A DNA stretch of 63,919 nucleotides, filler included, from Collodictyon triciliatum (GCA_043381765.1; 8 parts of 8 records of this genome joined end to end with filler, not necessarily neighbours in it), one strand, 5' to 3'. Counted from the whole stretch's first letter, positions 27,324 through 48,921 are shown. A program made the numbers and translations. Notes: a model not told the origin generated them from the letters alone.

Positions 27324-27959
27324 ATGATGCTCTCTAGGACTCACAGCAAGGGGCGAGGTAGACCGACAATATCCCTCACTATGATACCATCTCCTTTTTC
27401 TTTTTTTTTTTTTAATTTGATGATTGCTATTTTGCCTCTTTGTGTGGTTGCGCTACGTCTCTGCTTTGGAAACAGCTCTAGAAAAGCTCGCAAGAAGCCT
27501 CGCAGAACGTTCGATTGGAGGAAGTGTTGAGATCAATCAGAGCAGAATGAAAAAGAAGGCTACCACGATAAAGACAGACACCCCGTTGTGAATATCATAG
27601 GCTAATCCCATACTGGTTACAAAAGCTAGAGTGTGGGAGGATGTTTGAGCTCGGAGAACTCTGGTGTGTCATACGCTTTTGTAACACGACTGCGACTTAG
27701 GATGATCGAGAAGGTTGTGGGTGACGCTTAGTAAAAGAGATCATATCTTGCTACCAATCAAAGAAGAAACAACCATATCCGTGATAAATGGATATTGATT
27801 ATTATATTATTATTAATCCGAAGGTAGAAGAAAAGTAAGGCGATGTAGAAAGTAAATGCGCTCGCATTTAGTCATAGATACAGGTCTACCACGGATATGC
27901 AAAAGTAAGACTGTTGCATATTTTGCTAGGAAATCAGACCTCCTCAAAGCCTCAGTTGA
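27324..27959 (+). CDS. 5' part of a hypothetical gene divergent from PAC2
   Basis: MMLSRTHSKGR|ALEKLARSLAERSIGGSVEINQSRMKKKATTIKTDTP across a GT-AG intron; later exons unclear. Confidence 0.3.
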
Positions 27960-28995
27960 NNNNNNNNNNNNNNNNNNNNNNNNNNNNNNNNNNNNNNNNN
28001 NNNNNNNNNNNNNNNNNNNNNNNNNNNNNNNNNNNNNNNNNNNNNNNNNNNNNNNNNNNNNNNNNNNNNNNNNNNNNNNNNNNNNNNNNNNNNNNNNNNN
28101 NNNNNNNNNNNNNNNNNNNNNNNNNNNNNNNNNNNNNNNNNNNNNNNNNNNNNNNNNNNNNNNNNNNNNNNNNNNNNNNNNNNNNNNNNNNNNNNNNNNN
28201 NNNNNNNNNNNNNNNNNNNNNNNNNNNNNNNNNNNNNNNNNNNNNNNNNNNNNNNNNNNNNNNNNNNNNNNNNNNNNNNNNNNNNNNNNNNNNNNNNNNN
28301 NNNNNNNNNNNNNNNNNNNNNNNNNNNNNNNNNNNNNNNNNNNNNNNNNNNNNNNNNNNNNNNNNNNNNNNNNNNNNNNNNNNNNNNNNNNNNNNNNNNN
28401 NNNNNNNNNNNNNNNNNNNNNNNNNNNNNNNNNNNNNNNNNNNNNNNNNNNNNNNNNNNNNNNNNNNNNNNNNNNNNNNNNNNNNNNNNNNNNNNNNNNN
28501 NNNNNNNNNNNNNNNNNNNNNNNNNNNNNNNNNNNNNNNNNNNNNNNNNNNNNNNNNNNNNNNNNNNNNNNNNNNNNNNNNNNNNNNNNNNNNNNNNNNN
28601 NNNNNNNNNNNNNNNNNNNNNNNNNNNNNNNNNNNNNNNNNNNNNNNNNNNNNNNNNNNNNNNNNNNNNNNNNNNNNNNNNNNNNNNNNNNNNNNNNNNN
28701 NNNNNNNNNNNNNNNNNNNNNNNNNNNNNNNNNNNNNNNNNNNNNNNNNNNNNNNNNNNNNNNNNNNNNNNNNNNNNNNNNNNNNNNNNNNNNNNNNNNN
28801 NNNNNNNNNNNNNNNNNNNNNNNNNNNNNNNNNNNNNNNNNNNNNNNNNNNNNNNNNNNNNNNNNNNNNNNNNNNNNNNNNNNNNNNNNNNTGCGAAAAA
28901 TTATGCATACAATTATCAATATGATTTTATTATTATTATTACTATTATTATTTACAAAGTAAAATCTGAAACACAGTTTTATATCAAGGAAAAGG

Positions 28996-33610
<4,615 letters not shown>

Positions 33611-33884
33611 AAGTTTGCGAGTATCTGCATTTTAAAAGAAATAAATTTGGCAAAGCTATTGGCCCACACTAGTAATGTAGAAGAAAATACTTGAATCGGA
33701 CTAACAGCCCGGTTTGAACACTTATCCAGAAGGCCCAATAAAGGTTGATCTGTAGTTAAAGTGCATCGCATGTTTATATTATATTTCTTAACATTTATGC
33801 AATATTTTAAAAATACACCAGCTTTCGCATTAAATTTGCATATTAAATACCACTTAATTTAAGGTGGAAGAAGGAAGAAAGGAA

Positions 33885-33985
33885 GAAAGAAAGAAAAGGA
33901 AAGAAAAGGAAAGAAAAGGAAAGAAAAGGAAAGAAAAGGAAAGAAAAGGAAAGAAAAGGAAAGAAAAGGAAAGAAAAGGAAAGAA
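33885..33985. repeat. (AAGAAAAGGA)n simple repeat at contig end
   Basis: Direct reading. Confidence 0.95.
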
Positions 33986-34086
33986 ANNNNNNNNNNNNNN
34001 NNNNNNNNNNNNNNNNNNNNNNNNNNNNNNTTAATTAATTAANNNNNNNNNNNNNNNNNNNNNNNNNNNNNNNNNNNNNNNNNNNN

Positions 34087-34556
34087 CGCTCGTTCTTGAG
34101 GATGGTTTCGATGGCCTTCGGGTCGGTCACAAACAGAAGCGGCTTTACTCCATACTAGAAATTACATAAGAAAATCAGTTTTTTTTTCTAGGCAACTCAT
34201 CCACAAGTTATGTGGGTTCTTTGGTGATTTCTTGAGGCACCAGGTGAAGAGGTCCCGACTTTTTGTATTAGCAAATAAGACACATTCAAACTAGAGGACA
34301 GAAGTTTGTGACGGAAGGAGGCGCTTACGACAATACGAGAGAGCTTTCCACTCTTAGGGATCTCTGTCTGGAACCAGCTTCGAATGATGGTCTTTTTCCA
34401 GTTGTAGATTAGGCCAAGGAATGGCGGGGCGTAAGGACCAGGAATCTTCCGAAGCCTCCAGAGGCGGATCTGGGTCTTGAAGATCCAAGTGTTGACAGCC
34501 AGCCAGCAGAGGCAGAATATGATCTTGGCTATCACGATAACGTACTCGAGACTCAT
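34087..34556 (-). CDS. Cytochrome P450 N-terminus, 3'-truncated
   Basis: TM anchor, then the LRKIPGPYAPPFLG proline hinge; later exon YGVKPLLFVTDPKAIETILKNE. Heme motif lies outside the contig. Confidence 0.78.
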
Positions 34557-34877
34557 TTCCTCCGATCTTGGCTAGGAAGACAATAAGAGAAAGCACCATT
34601 AACCGAGAGCTTTCACCTGAGACAACCATTTGTTGTTCAATCCTCGACATTCACTTGTTGAACTTGCCCTGCCTGGCTGGTAAATAAACTCTGTTCCACT
34701 CGGTGGTATAGGATGTTTACCGTCCACCCTTTCGCTCGCTTTAGTGCGTCTGGGAGTATGCCTCACCGTCGTTTACCACTATCGTAGGTTGCTATGTTCG
34801 TTCGCTCTTCACCCGTCGTTGTATCCACGAATCCGGGCGTAGATTTCACGAGAATTCGCGCCTAATAAAACAAACGC

Positions 34878-34885
34878 TGACGTCA
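34878..34885. promoter_or_regulatory. Perfect CRE/ATF palindrome TGACGTCA in the P450-ALDH divergent intergenic region
   Basis: Sequence match only. Confidence 0.3.
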
Positions 34886-35305
34886 CTGAGCGGTTGGACG
34901 GTGGCTGTGTCTGTGGTTGCGGGATGTGGTCTATTTCTCATTTTTGTTTAATGATAACATATGTGGATGATTTGTACGAATTATTCGAGGTGCAGCATGA
35001 TTCATCTCACTTGATTGTACTTGAGTACCTAGTGTGGAAAATTCATATTTTGGAATTATTTATGACAAATGGAAGAGCTGCTTGTGCTGCGGTATTTGGC
35101 CAGGCCATTCAAAGGCATAAGTGATCGAATCAGGAAAGGCCGATCGCAAGACACAGCCCTTGGAGACTGACGAAGACGCTGGGTTGAGCGATCGGAAGGC
35201 TCGTAGTATGGTGCAATTGTACTTGCGTCATGCGTTCATTCTTTTGGTTGCAATTATTGCTCAGTTCTGTTTTTACATGACTTCGTCGCTCCAGAGAGTC
35301 CTTCG

Positions 35306-38445
<3,140 letters not shown>

Positions 38446-38868
38446 GCTCTGCTGAGGTAATTGCAAGGTTCTTGCACATTCAATTGCGGTGAAAAAATGA
38501 GAAAAACGTGTGACCGCGCGATTTAATTATATCTTCGTTGAATGTGAATCAAAGATGATGCATCTTTTCTAGGTCCGTAGGATGGCTTCATTTCACGACG
38601 GCCATATTAGGATGGATGAAAGCAATGCAGCCAAAATCGCATCCATGATTTGCATCAAACAATATAAGGATTGATGTGACCAATCAAAAAAATAAATTCT
38701 TAACACACGAATTGAGAATATTTCTTTTAATTAAATTGAGAGAAACCCAGCAACTTAATTGCAACGAAGGATTTGTTTTTTTTTGTTTTTTTTTGTTTTT
38801 TGTTTTTTGTTTTTTTGTTTTTAGTTTTGCTCATCCTGCTCATATATTGCTTTATTCTGGTATTACAT

Positions 38869-41800
38869 CTATGAAATATGGATATACTCCTGAACGTGCT
38901 GCAGCCCGTGGAAATTGTTGTCGTGAATCCGACCTGTCTTGATTCCACCAAACAGCGCTTCCAATGTCAGGCACGATTGGGAGACAACACGTTCATTGAC
39001 TTTCTAAAGCGTGGGTTTGTGTTAAAGGACTCGAAGTACTGTGAAATGCTTACATAATCGAGTGATCTAGCGAGCTAATTCTCTGGCTTCTGGTGAACTT
39101 CGGCACATATACAAATATAATTTAATCCAAAAAAAAATAGTTATATTATATTATTCGCAGGCCTTTAGCCATGCGAATAAAATTAGAAACTAATTGGAGA
39201 AAACTGGCCAATACTTGAAAGATATCATTTGCTCTGGTAAATCGGAGGTCAGTGATGTACGATGAAGAGTCAAACTGCACTGATTTTGTTAGATCGTCCC
39301 CGCAAATGAAGTCTCTCGTTTCTGCGATATCTGTCGTTGTGATTATCGTTATAAACATTCAACATTCCATTCTCCAATGGTATTCTTTCCTCTCTGATTT
39401 CAAATTTATCGTGTGATGGCTCGCGAGACTCACACATCGCCTGTCTATTCGTGATTTCCAATGTAAGATTATCCGGCCAACGTGCGGACAAAATGTAGAC
39501 CTTTATTATGCACATAGATTCTTTTAAAATACAAGACTGCAGCTGCATGGATACTGGCAATTACATGAACTAATATTCATTGTGGATTCGAGAAATAAAG
39601 TCATTGGATTGCTGCGCCTCATAGTCAGCTCACGTTGAAAGGGAGTGGGTTTGTTTCTCCCTGAAAGTGTGACTTCACCGGAAGAATTTGCCAATCCGCA
39701 AATAAAGCCAACTTATCGAACAGCTGGAAAAAAAAAAGAAGAAAAAAAGAATATTATTCATCAAATTGAAGGAAAGAGGAGTAATAAAAAATTAGAGCTT
39801 TATAAACTTTGTATACTTACTCTTAAAAAAAAAAGAGAGAGAGAAGGAATGGAGGAAAAGGCACAAACCCATCTATTCATCGGTCTCAGGATTGCATTTA
39901 TCTCTGCCCCGTCCGTCTGTAAAGCATTCCACAACTTGCACTTTCCATCGTCCGCTTAGATTATTCGAGTTATTCGAGGATGCATTTACATATTTACATA
40001 GAATTATAATCATGATCAAAATCTCGGTTGTAGACACAGCTTGAGAATCACTTTTAATTCAAGAAGGAAACCTCTAATGTCTATACTGTGTTCGACATGG
40101 AGTAACCGAATGTAGTTTTTTACAATTATGTATGAACCCACATATTCTTGCTCTTTCATAGACATGCCGATTATCTGACCATTTATTATAATTTAACATC
40201 ATCAGCAAAAAGTTGAATGGAAAGCAGAGATGATATGAGATGCTTTTTAATCGTCTATTTAATTTTGAAACTAATTCAACATGCCATGTCATCTTGTATA
40301 TCCAATATGTATTCGTCAGCGTGAGTGATTCCAGAATAATCGGCCTGGAAGGCAAAGTATTATCCATAATGAAAATAATATAGTGCAATATAGTTTTCAA
40401 TCAATAGGAAATGAGTGTGATTTTTTCCTTACTATCCATATATATGCATCATCCTCGAACATATTTCTGAGCTCTTGAATAGGATTTATTTTCTCCTTTC
40501 TAGTGATATATTGCTTCAAATTGACAAAATTGAAAAACAAATGCTTTTGTGATTATGAACGATTGACTTTGAGCTCAAAATAAGGGAAAAGATAGAGAGT
40601 GATGAAACAAAACCTTATTTTCTCTTTAGGAATGTGAAATATTTCACATGCATCGTGGAGTGTCTTTGATGTATGATCTAACTCAGCCAGCTTTCTCAAG
40701 TCTTCAATAATCCGATGTGTTGTGTCTATATATTTCCAAAAAAAATCACAAATTGGCAAGTGCTTCTTAAATCCTTGCATTTTTTTAAGATTTTAAATCA
40801 AGAAATATGCTCAATTATTTTATGAACCTATATTTCCGCGTTCCAAGTTGTGCTCATCTAGAGAAAAAGACATCACAGGAGTGGTGTCTACAAATTGGAT
40901 AAGAATTGTGTGAAAGAGCGAAGACATAGTAGCAAGAGGCTGTATTCGCATGATGTTTTGGTATAATTCCGAATTAAGAACCTATATTGTTATGCAAACC
41001 CTTGGGCCGGATATGAAGACTAAACGCGATAAATGGTTTTTTTTTAATTACGCTTCGAGACACAGTAATGTATATAATTGATTCATATTTCTATTATTTG
41101 AACTTTAGTTTTGGGGGACTCTCAGTTTCAGAAAGAAAAAAGTCTAAATGAGAACCGGTAGTGGCGAATAAGCGGGTTGCATTTTTCATCGACTATTTCC
41201 GGTGCTTGACGTATCTTTGTATGCCTTCCTTGTTGATTAGGTTTTCCACCTCCATTGGTTTTCAATTTGGCTGAAGAGTGACGTTCTTGGGTGTTAGGTT
41301 CAGATAAGAAAACCTATTTACAATTATAATGTCGGGGTACAAAATGAAGATAATATACTAACGACATTCTACCATGTGCACTCTTTTTTGCCCCTTGTAT
41401 GGATTTACCCTCTTGCACTTTGTATGGAATAAAGGGGGGAAACATGTACTCAATTTGAATACTGGAACAAATTCTTAAAATATTCATGTAAAAACATCCT
41501 GTTAATTATTCCCATAGTTTTTTTTATCACGTATGGTTAGCAAGTTCACTTTGGACGTAACTCACCCAGGGGAGTCGATTTCGGAGGTTTTACAACTCTT
41601 TTCCTGAGAGAAATATTCAAGCGACCAAGAATCGTCATTGGGTCATAATTGGTCAGATCATATGGAACCAGGCATCTAAATAAAGGGCAAATATGGGTTA
41701 TTCTAAACACTGTTGACATAGCAGCTTCTGTAGTTGAACCAATCCAGCCAAAAGATTCGAGTTAGTATACTAAATGTCCTTGTTTATCCACTCTAAGAAA

Positions 41801-42330
41801 TGCGTAATATATGGGCCATACTGCAAATGTCTTGTGTAAAAAGTCCCCCGTAATCGTGTTTCGTACGTCCCTAGTGTAGAAACGAATGATTGACCGTCAT
41901 TCTGGTCTCCTCTAAATCCAGTATTTTCACATTCAGAAGAATGAAATTCGCTGGAGGAGGTTATCTTTCGTTCATACACCTCATGAATTGGCCCTATATT
42001 TAATGATGTAGTTTTTTTTTTTTTGAATAATGATATTTAGACCATGTGAAATATTGTTTTCTTGAAAAAATTGTGGCATGCTTTATCCATGTAGTGTGGC
42101 AATATGTAAGTTTTGTTTTCATGCAGTTGTAGTATAGAGACTCACTCGGTTGGAGTCTTGACCAGTCGTTGATGTATATCAAGTCGCTTCGATTTGGGGC
42201 TTTTTCGGGTGTTTGGATAGAGTTGATTGAGGGAATTGCTACTGGGATCCATCTGTCTGGGATGGACATGCGTTCGCGTGGCCTCTGTGGAGCACTTATG
42301 GAGCGTCGCATCCTGCGTCTCTTTCTCCAT
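38869..42330 (-). CDS. Hypothetical multi-exon protein, possibly WD40-like at the C-terminus
   Basis: GT-AG bounded open exons, e.g. CLVPYDLTNYDPMTILGRL, DDGKCKLWNALQ, SSYITDLRFTRANDIFQ, ISSLDHSI; phasing not fully resolved. Confidence 0.45.
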
Positions 42331-42426
42331 AACTTTTTCTCTTTGTCTTTTTTTATAAATCTTTTTCCTCTATTATTATTGTTGTTTCTTTCTTTTTCTT
42401 TCTTTTTTACTTTTTTTACTTTTTTT

Positions 42427-42507
<81 letters not shown>

Positions 42508-42607
42508 NNNNNNNNNNNNNNNNNNNNNNNNNNNNNNNNNNNNNNNNNNNNTTAATTAATTAANNNNNNNNNNNNNNNNNNNNNNNNNNNNNNNNNNNNN
42601 NNNNNNN

Positions 42608-43119
42608 TGGAACCATCGAGAGCGACATTGGATGTCGGTTCTGCCTGGGATTTCGCGGGACACAGCTGTCCACGCAGTCGGGCCGTATTGCGCAACGGCA
42701 CTTTCCAGCAGAACGTCTTCTTCTGGAGTCCACGCGCCTTTGCGAATGGAAGGACACAGAACGCGGCCCCAGCGTTGAAAGCACTGGTCCGAGTCTCTGG
42801 GCGGGCCGACCTTGCGCTCGGTCAGGGAGTCTGCAACTTTGCGCCAATTGATGCTTTTTCGGTGGTGGATATCGATGACACTTGGCCTCACCAAAGTAGT
42901 AGCGAGCCGGGACTGATCGGTGGCGTCTCCAAGCATGACGGGTTTAATGAGGGAATCATACTTGAATACGCTATCAGAGTGCACGCATTCCAGCAAAGCC
43001 TTGTCCTCGTCGGGAGTCCACGACGCTACACGACCTCGACTGCGTCGTGTCTTTTTTATATGTGCTTCTTTTTCTGTTATATTGACGGCTGTATCTCGCT
43101 TTAGTTTTTCCGTACTCAT
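42608..43119 (-). CDS. Myb-repeat transcription factor, 3'-truncated
   Basis: WTPDEDKALL...NWRKVA...RDSDQCFQRW...IRKGAWTPEEDVLLESAVAQYGPTAWTAVSREIPGRTDIQCRSRW. Confidence 0.92.
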
Positions 43120-43707
43120 CTGATATTAAGTTTGGTTAGAGAATATACGGTCATCTTTCATTTTTTTTTGACAGACTTTGTGAATTGGGTGGGATCAAAA
43201 CAGTCCTTGGAATATCAATTCTTTTTCTCCTTGATGAATATCCTCATACCTTTGCAGTTGTATCCAATTTGAAGATATCCCAGTGCTTTGGTGTGAGTTG
43301 CGCTTGGCTTATATTAACTATGTCTTTGGTAAAGAGAAAGGATGAAGTGCGATTTTGTGGTGTTAAATGTTATAAACACAGCACTTGACACCCTCATGTA
43401 ACTGTGAATGAGTTGTTAAGAATAGCGATGATGGAACGAATGAACATAAATCGATGAATCGAAATCAGTTGGATCATAATTAATCGAGTCTCGCACATAA
43501 GCTTACTTAATTATAAACCCCCCCTCCTCTAAACTATAGCACTTTCTGGTGTTCTGACTGATTGAACTACCGGAATTGTCTTGTGAAAGTTGACAAAGCG
43601 GGGGGAAAACGTGGAAGGGGAAGGATCTTTCATATTATGAAACCAAGTCATGCTTCGATTCTAACGCATTGCCCATAGTTCAAGCTGTGTTTGATTGTAT
43701 CAAAATA

Positions 43708-43778
43708 AAAAGGAAAGGAAAGGAAAGGAAAGGAAAGGAAAGGAAAGGAAAGGAAAGGAAAGGAAAGGAAAGGAAAGG
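43708..43778. repeat. (GGAAA)n microsatellite
   Basis: Direct reading. Confidence 0.95.
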
Positions 43779-45482
43779 GGAGGGAAGGGAAGGAAAATAA
43801 GTCCCCGGTATTTTTGGGAGCTACTAATCTTCAGAAAGTAGATACCGCGGCTTCAACCAGATGATAAGAAAAGGAAACATATGGGTGGTGTCAAAAAGAA
43901 AAGAAAAAGAACACGCTGCGAACGAAAGGAACAGGAATCAAGCGGTTGACTCACAGGCTTCAAGAGAGCGACCGAAACCAAACCTCACAGCAGCAATCAC
44001 ATTTCACATGTCACATATCCCCCAAGCTATTCACATTTGTGCGCGCAGAAGCCGCGGGTTCGCTCGTGACCTATACCACGAGCCATTAGGACATGTTTGC
44101 GTGGGTGCACGGAAAACGTCTCGGGGCATGTACATATTCTTTATATATAGAGCATGCGTTTCCCCTGTCTTGCTTGACCGGTTTCTCTGGTCGTTTGTAT
44201 CGTGCGTCTTGTGCGTGTGTCTGGTTAATTTGAACGAAAGCAAACATTGAAAGAGCCCAAGACGTAGGAGGGAAACAAGCAATTTTTGGAAATAAAATTA
44301 TTACGTTTTGCCTTCTGTTTCCAAGTATGAAACGAATGAAATGCGCGATGCCCTATTTTTTTACAATGCCTTTTCATCATTCCCTGAAGTCCTCCTAAAT
44401 AAATAACCAACCAGGTTCTACTTTTCAAAAAGGTTTTTTTTCGGGGTTTTGTTTTGTCCATTTGGGAAAGGGATTATTTTTTTTTGTGTTTCATTTGGGC
44501 AATTGGGCTGTATAACAGGCTTAACTGGAAGAATAATTGCACGCAGAGAAACGTTTTTAAAATACATTTTTCAATAGAAACTATCAAAATATGGGAGAAC
44601 GAACCACACATTGTGCGGCACGCGAAAAGTTCCTCTGCCACCAGGAAATAGCTTGGGTGACTCCATCCGGGAAATTTGAATATCCCGCTTCCGGATTAAG
44701 ATTTCCAAAATCTTATTTGGAAAGGAATTCGAGGAAAATAGACTCAAATAGAAAATTCGTGGTCATTTGTTGGGAATTTTGCTTGAGGCACGAACCGCAC
44801 GAGCTCAGTTGCAGCAGGTTAAACCAAAAAAGTGTATGTCTTTTATATCCCACCCTGGCCACCGAAATATGATATATATAATGCATTATTATATTATCTA
44901 AAATATATTATGAATTTTCTTAATGAGTTTTTTAGATAATTATATAATATAATTATATATTTTCCAAATTTATAATTCAAATCCGGAAAATTATACACGT
45001 AATTCACATAATGATATATTGGCCAAAATATCGCTAATACGTTATTCTTTATCTAGCCAAATGGATCGCGCAGTCAAGTCACGTGAATGCTGCTGTGTCG
45101 ATTGCAAATCTTTGGGGCATCTGGAGTTCTTGTGCCCAAAAGCACCCAAGGATTTACTGATCACAAAGGAGCTGCTGAAACTATTGCTCTGAGTGTTTGA
45201 GTGTGCCAGTCTTCACATACGCCAAACACCCTAACTTGGTTTACTAATACTGCAGATATGTCAGCAAGACTGATGGCTTCTGATATGGCTCTGCGCAGTC
45301 GCTTATTGAGCAATATTCTTTTCCTTATCTCAAGCGAGCACAGAAAACACCAACCACAAGCGATCTACGTATCTTGTACTTTCAACCGCACTATAAAACA
45401 GTCGAAGACATTTTCTAGCTTCTGCGTATTTGAAAAAGTTTCCTGGTTGGGCAGAAACTCGTAGCTACTATAAATCCTTCTC

Positions 45483-45513
<31 letters not shown>

Positions 45514-45778
45514 TTTCGCAAGAAAATTAGTGTTCAAATGGGGTTCTCTCCATTTTATATATAAAAAATGCACGGGGAAAACCAAAGCGTCCTATAAAGC
45601 TTGAAGTGCCCGATGAACTACCTTAATTATCCATTCATTTTGTCGCGGTTCTCCCCTTCAACGAAACTCGTCCTGGGATATCTCTTTCTTCTAATGCATT
45701 TCTCCCTCTGAACTAACACGATGTTATATCATTAGAGAATTTAGTTTACCTTCCCTCCTGCTGACAAGAATTCAAACA

Positions 45779-47435
45779 ATGGGTTCAGAATAGTGAGTAT
45801 AGACTTCTGGACACCAATATTTTTTCCCCTTTTGAAAGGTATGACATGATGACGAAAGTAACTTTTTTTTTGGGTTTGGGTTTGGTTTTTGGGTTTGGTT
45901 TTGGTTTTGAAGCGACTATCTTTTCAAGTTACTTTTGATCGGTGACACCGGAGTCGGAAAGTCATGTATTCTGGTTCGATTTGCTGTGAGTTTTCTGTAG
46001 CATTTTATCAACCTTGAATTCCGTTTCATGTTCCCCGGCATAAGGGACTTTGAAGTCTATTTTTTTTAACGTTACAGTAAGCTTACAAGCCAAACCTTCA
46101 TTATGTTCAGGACTTTTCTCTTACCTTCGTATACTCATTTCTAATTATTGCTTGTGAATAAGTAAACTATTTACCCAATTTATTTTTATTTCGGCCGCAG
46201 GATGAAAAGTTCAACGAGACATATGTTTCAACTATCGGTGTTGACTTTGTAAATTTCTCTTTTCAATTACAACGCTTTTGTAATAGTATTTCTATACAAA
46301 ATAATGCACTATATCACCATTTCATTTGGTTTTAAATAGTTTAGTATATTCTAATTATGTGATTAGAAAATCAGGACCGTAGAAATCGAGGGAAAAACCA
46401 TCAAGCTCCAGATTGTACCTATTTTTTGAACACTTTTTTTCTTCCATTATTGAAAAATCAGTGGTTGATGTATTTTTTTATGTTATTAAACGATTTTTGC
46501 TTCAAAATATGATGGAAATTTTCATGTAGTTTTACATTACTCATTCTTTTATTTATATAACATGATTGAAACCCTCTTGTAAGTATGATTCCAGACATAC
46601 AAGGGAAAAAGAGAAGAAGATTCCAAACACACATAAACATCATAGTGGGACACTGCAGGTCAGGAGCGCTTCCGTACAATCACAACAAGCTACTATCGCG
46701 GCGCGCACGGAATCATCCTTGTCTACGACATCACCGAAAGCACCACATTCGAAGGGTTGCGCCAATGGCTGAAGGAAATCGAGAGCTACGCGAGCGAAAA
46801 TGTGGAGCGACTTATTGTGGGGAATAAATGCGATCTCTTGGACAAGAGGAAGGTCACCTTTGAAGAGGCCAAGGTAAGTATCGTGTTCAATTTGGTGTTT
46901 TCCCAATTATAATGAAATTTGCTGCTCTTTGAGAGAGTGTGGTCGCTTGAGGAGATTAATATGCATGAAAATGAGTCATCAACATTAGGGTCTTGTCTTG
47001 AACATATCCCCCTTCTATTAGCTGTAGTGATGCAATGTTAACATGTTACCTCATAGAAATTTGCCGACGAAGTAAGAATCCAGCTCCTTGAAACATCGGC
47101 AAAGAATTCAACCAACGTGGAGCAAGCTTTCCTGACCATGGCTGCGAATGTACTGCGAAGGTGCATCTCTCGTTTTTATATATTTTATTTCATTAACTTT
47201 GTCCAATTCACAATTACACTCTGCTTCTGGATATAGCTCAAAACTCAGGGACACAATTCTTAAAATACATACCACACATACTCTCGTCCCAGCGTCTTTT
47301 TACTCCTTTTTTAAAAACTTCTTTTAATTGTCCAACTGAAATAGAGTCGCCAACCCGGTCGCTAGCGTGAGCAACAGTGGGACAGTTCGTGTCGATACTC
47401 AAGGAAAAAATATCAAAAAGTCTAAATGTTGCTGA
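45779..47435 (+). CDS. RAB1: Rab1-family small GTPase, 7 exons
   Basis: [83 protein letters not shown]...GNKCD...|...ETSAK...|...KKSKCC-TGA. Confidence 0.96.
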
Positions 47436-48813
47436 GAATGGATCTATTTCATTCATGCTAGCCAGTCACCTAGCTGCGATAGTTCGCATTTTAACGCCTT
47501 TATATTCTGATCGTTTATAAAGAGAGTACTATGCCTTCAAAAGGAGTAAAAAAAATAAATAAACAATTAAATAATTAAATGAACCTGACCTTTATATACT
47601 CCAATATCTCATTAACTTTTTGTCCTCCTTCATTTTCTCTTTTTCATTTCCTCCTGGTTTTGAAGTGAAAGAAGGCAGAGAAAATCGGAAGAAAAATCAA
47701 GTAGAGTTGATATCACCCTTCCCAAAGGCATATAATCCTATATTTTTCGTTGAGGGTGTTTGCTCCGGATAAGTGATGCACGGTGGTTGAGTGTGATTCA
47801 AAGATATCTTACCAGGTTTGATAGGGTAGAGACAGAACACGCCATCCGGCCTCACCGATAACATTCATTTCATTTTTTTTCATAAAGGAAAAAAAAACAT
47901 TCATTTTCATTTTCGTTAAGACAATTCGCTTTCAAAATACCCACAAACTTGGATACCAGACTTTTAATAGGATGGTCTGCAGTTGTATGTTTTGGAGTGA
48001 GATAAGTTGAGTTCTGGCGGAGCTTGAGGGATAATGTAAACACGAAAAAAGTCTGAAAAGACTGGAAGATGGACACAAAAAAATCAACGTTAATAAAAGT
48101 ATGTATGGTTGGTGTCAGAGTGAGAGATTCCAAACTCTCTTAGTGCCCATGCATTGCCCGATTGAGGTTAATCACCTTTCACACCCGGAGCAAACCAACT
48201 GCAGCGACCAACCGACGATTCCCGTAATACAGGAAACATACCTGATTGCTATCTTTCTGGGCGCTCAGTCAATTAGGCCAACGACAGGGGTTGAGATGAC
48301 CACTTAACGCACAAGATTGAAAATTTTAAGCTAAATGAATCTCTGTATTACCGCCACACAAAAAGCGAGGATATGGGCTGTGGCTGTGTGGGGGTTGGGT
48401 CATTTCTCTTACTTCAATAACTAAACCGAACGAGAAATCAATCTATCAGGGCTGGAAAGCCTTGCTCAATCCAGCTTGTGGAACAACTTGCTTAAACACG
48501 CCCTAATCCTCCGCTAAGTCAACTGAAAGCGAAGGGAATGGTTTTTTTTTTGTAAGACATCTCATATCCCACAGTCAATCGTTAGACCCAACATCCCACC
48601 ATCTTGCACGTAATTGAAAGGAAGAATAAAAAATAATCACACAGTCAATTGTTATCCACTCAGCCAATAAATCAGTCGTGTCTCTCGTCTATCTAACACG
48701 CCATCGCTGACTTTTTTGGTGATTTTATCTCCTCGTCGGTCTATTTCTCCCGAGATATATATTAAACATTGTCACTTTACTTGTACCTGAGTTAGCTTCC
48801 TTTTCGAGCGTTT

Positions 48814-48921
48814 AATCGAATAAAGCAATAAAGCAATAAAGCAATAAAGCAATAAAGCAATAAAGCAATAAAGCAATAAAGCAATAAAGCAATAAAGCAA
48901 TAAAGCAATAAAGCAATAAAG
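48814..48921 (+). repeat. (AATAAAGC)n array, ~13 units, starting from the motif AATCGAATAAAG
   Basis: Direct reading. Confidence 0.9.

Noticed and set aside
27813-28962. Long ORFs of 318-368 aa in the ORF track
   Set aside because: Artefacts of translating the N gap at 27960-28891
43799-43808. AAGTCCCCGG resembling RNase MRP CR-I
   Set aside because: No matching CR-V/P4 partner found; preceded by a microsatellite
44665-44960. Short hairpins between Myb and Rab1 (TTTCCAAA/TTTGGAAA; ATTATCTAAAA/TTTTAGATAAT)
   Set aside because: 8-11 bp AT-rich stems are expected by chance at this composition; no second copy or TSD seen
45870-45910. Telomere-like TTTGGG repeats
   Set aside because: Short, irregular and inside Rab1 intron 1, where they form the T-rich acceptor tract
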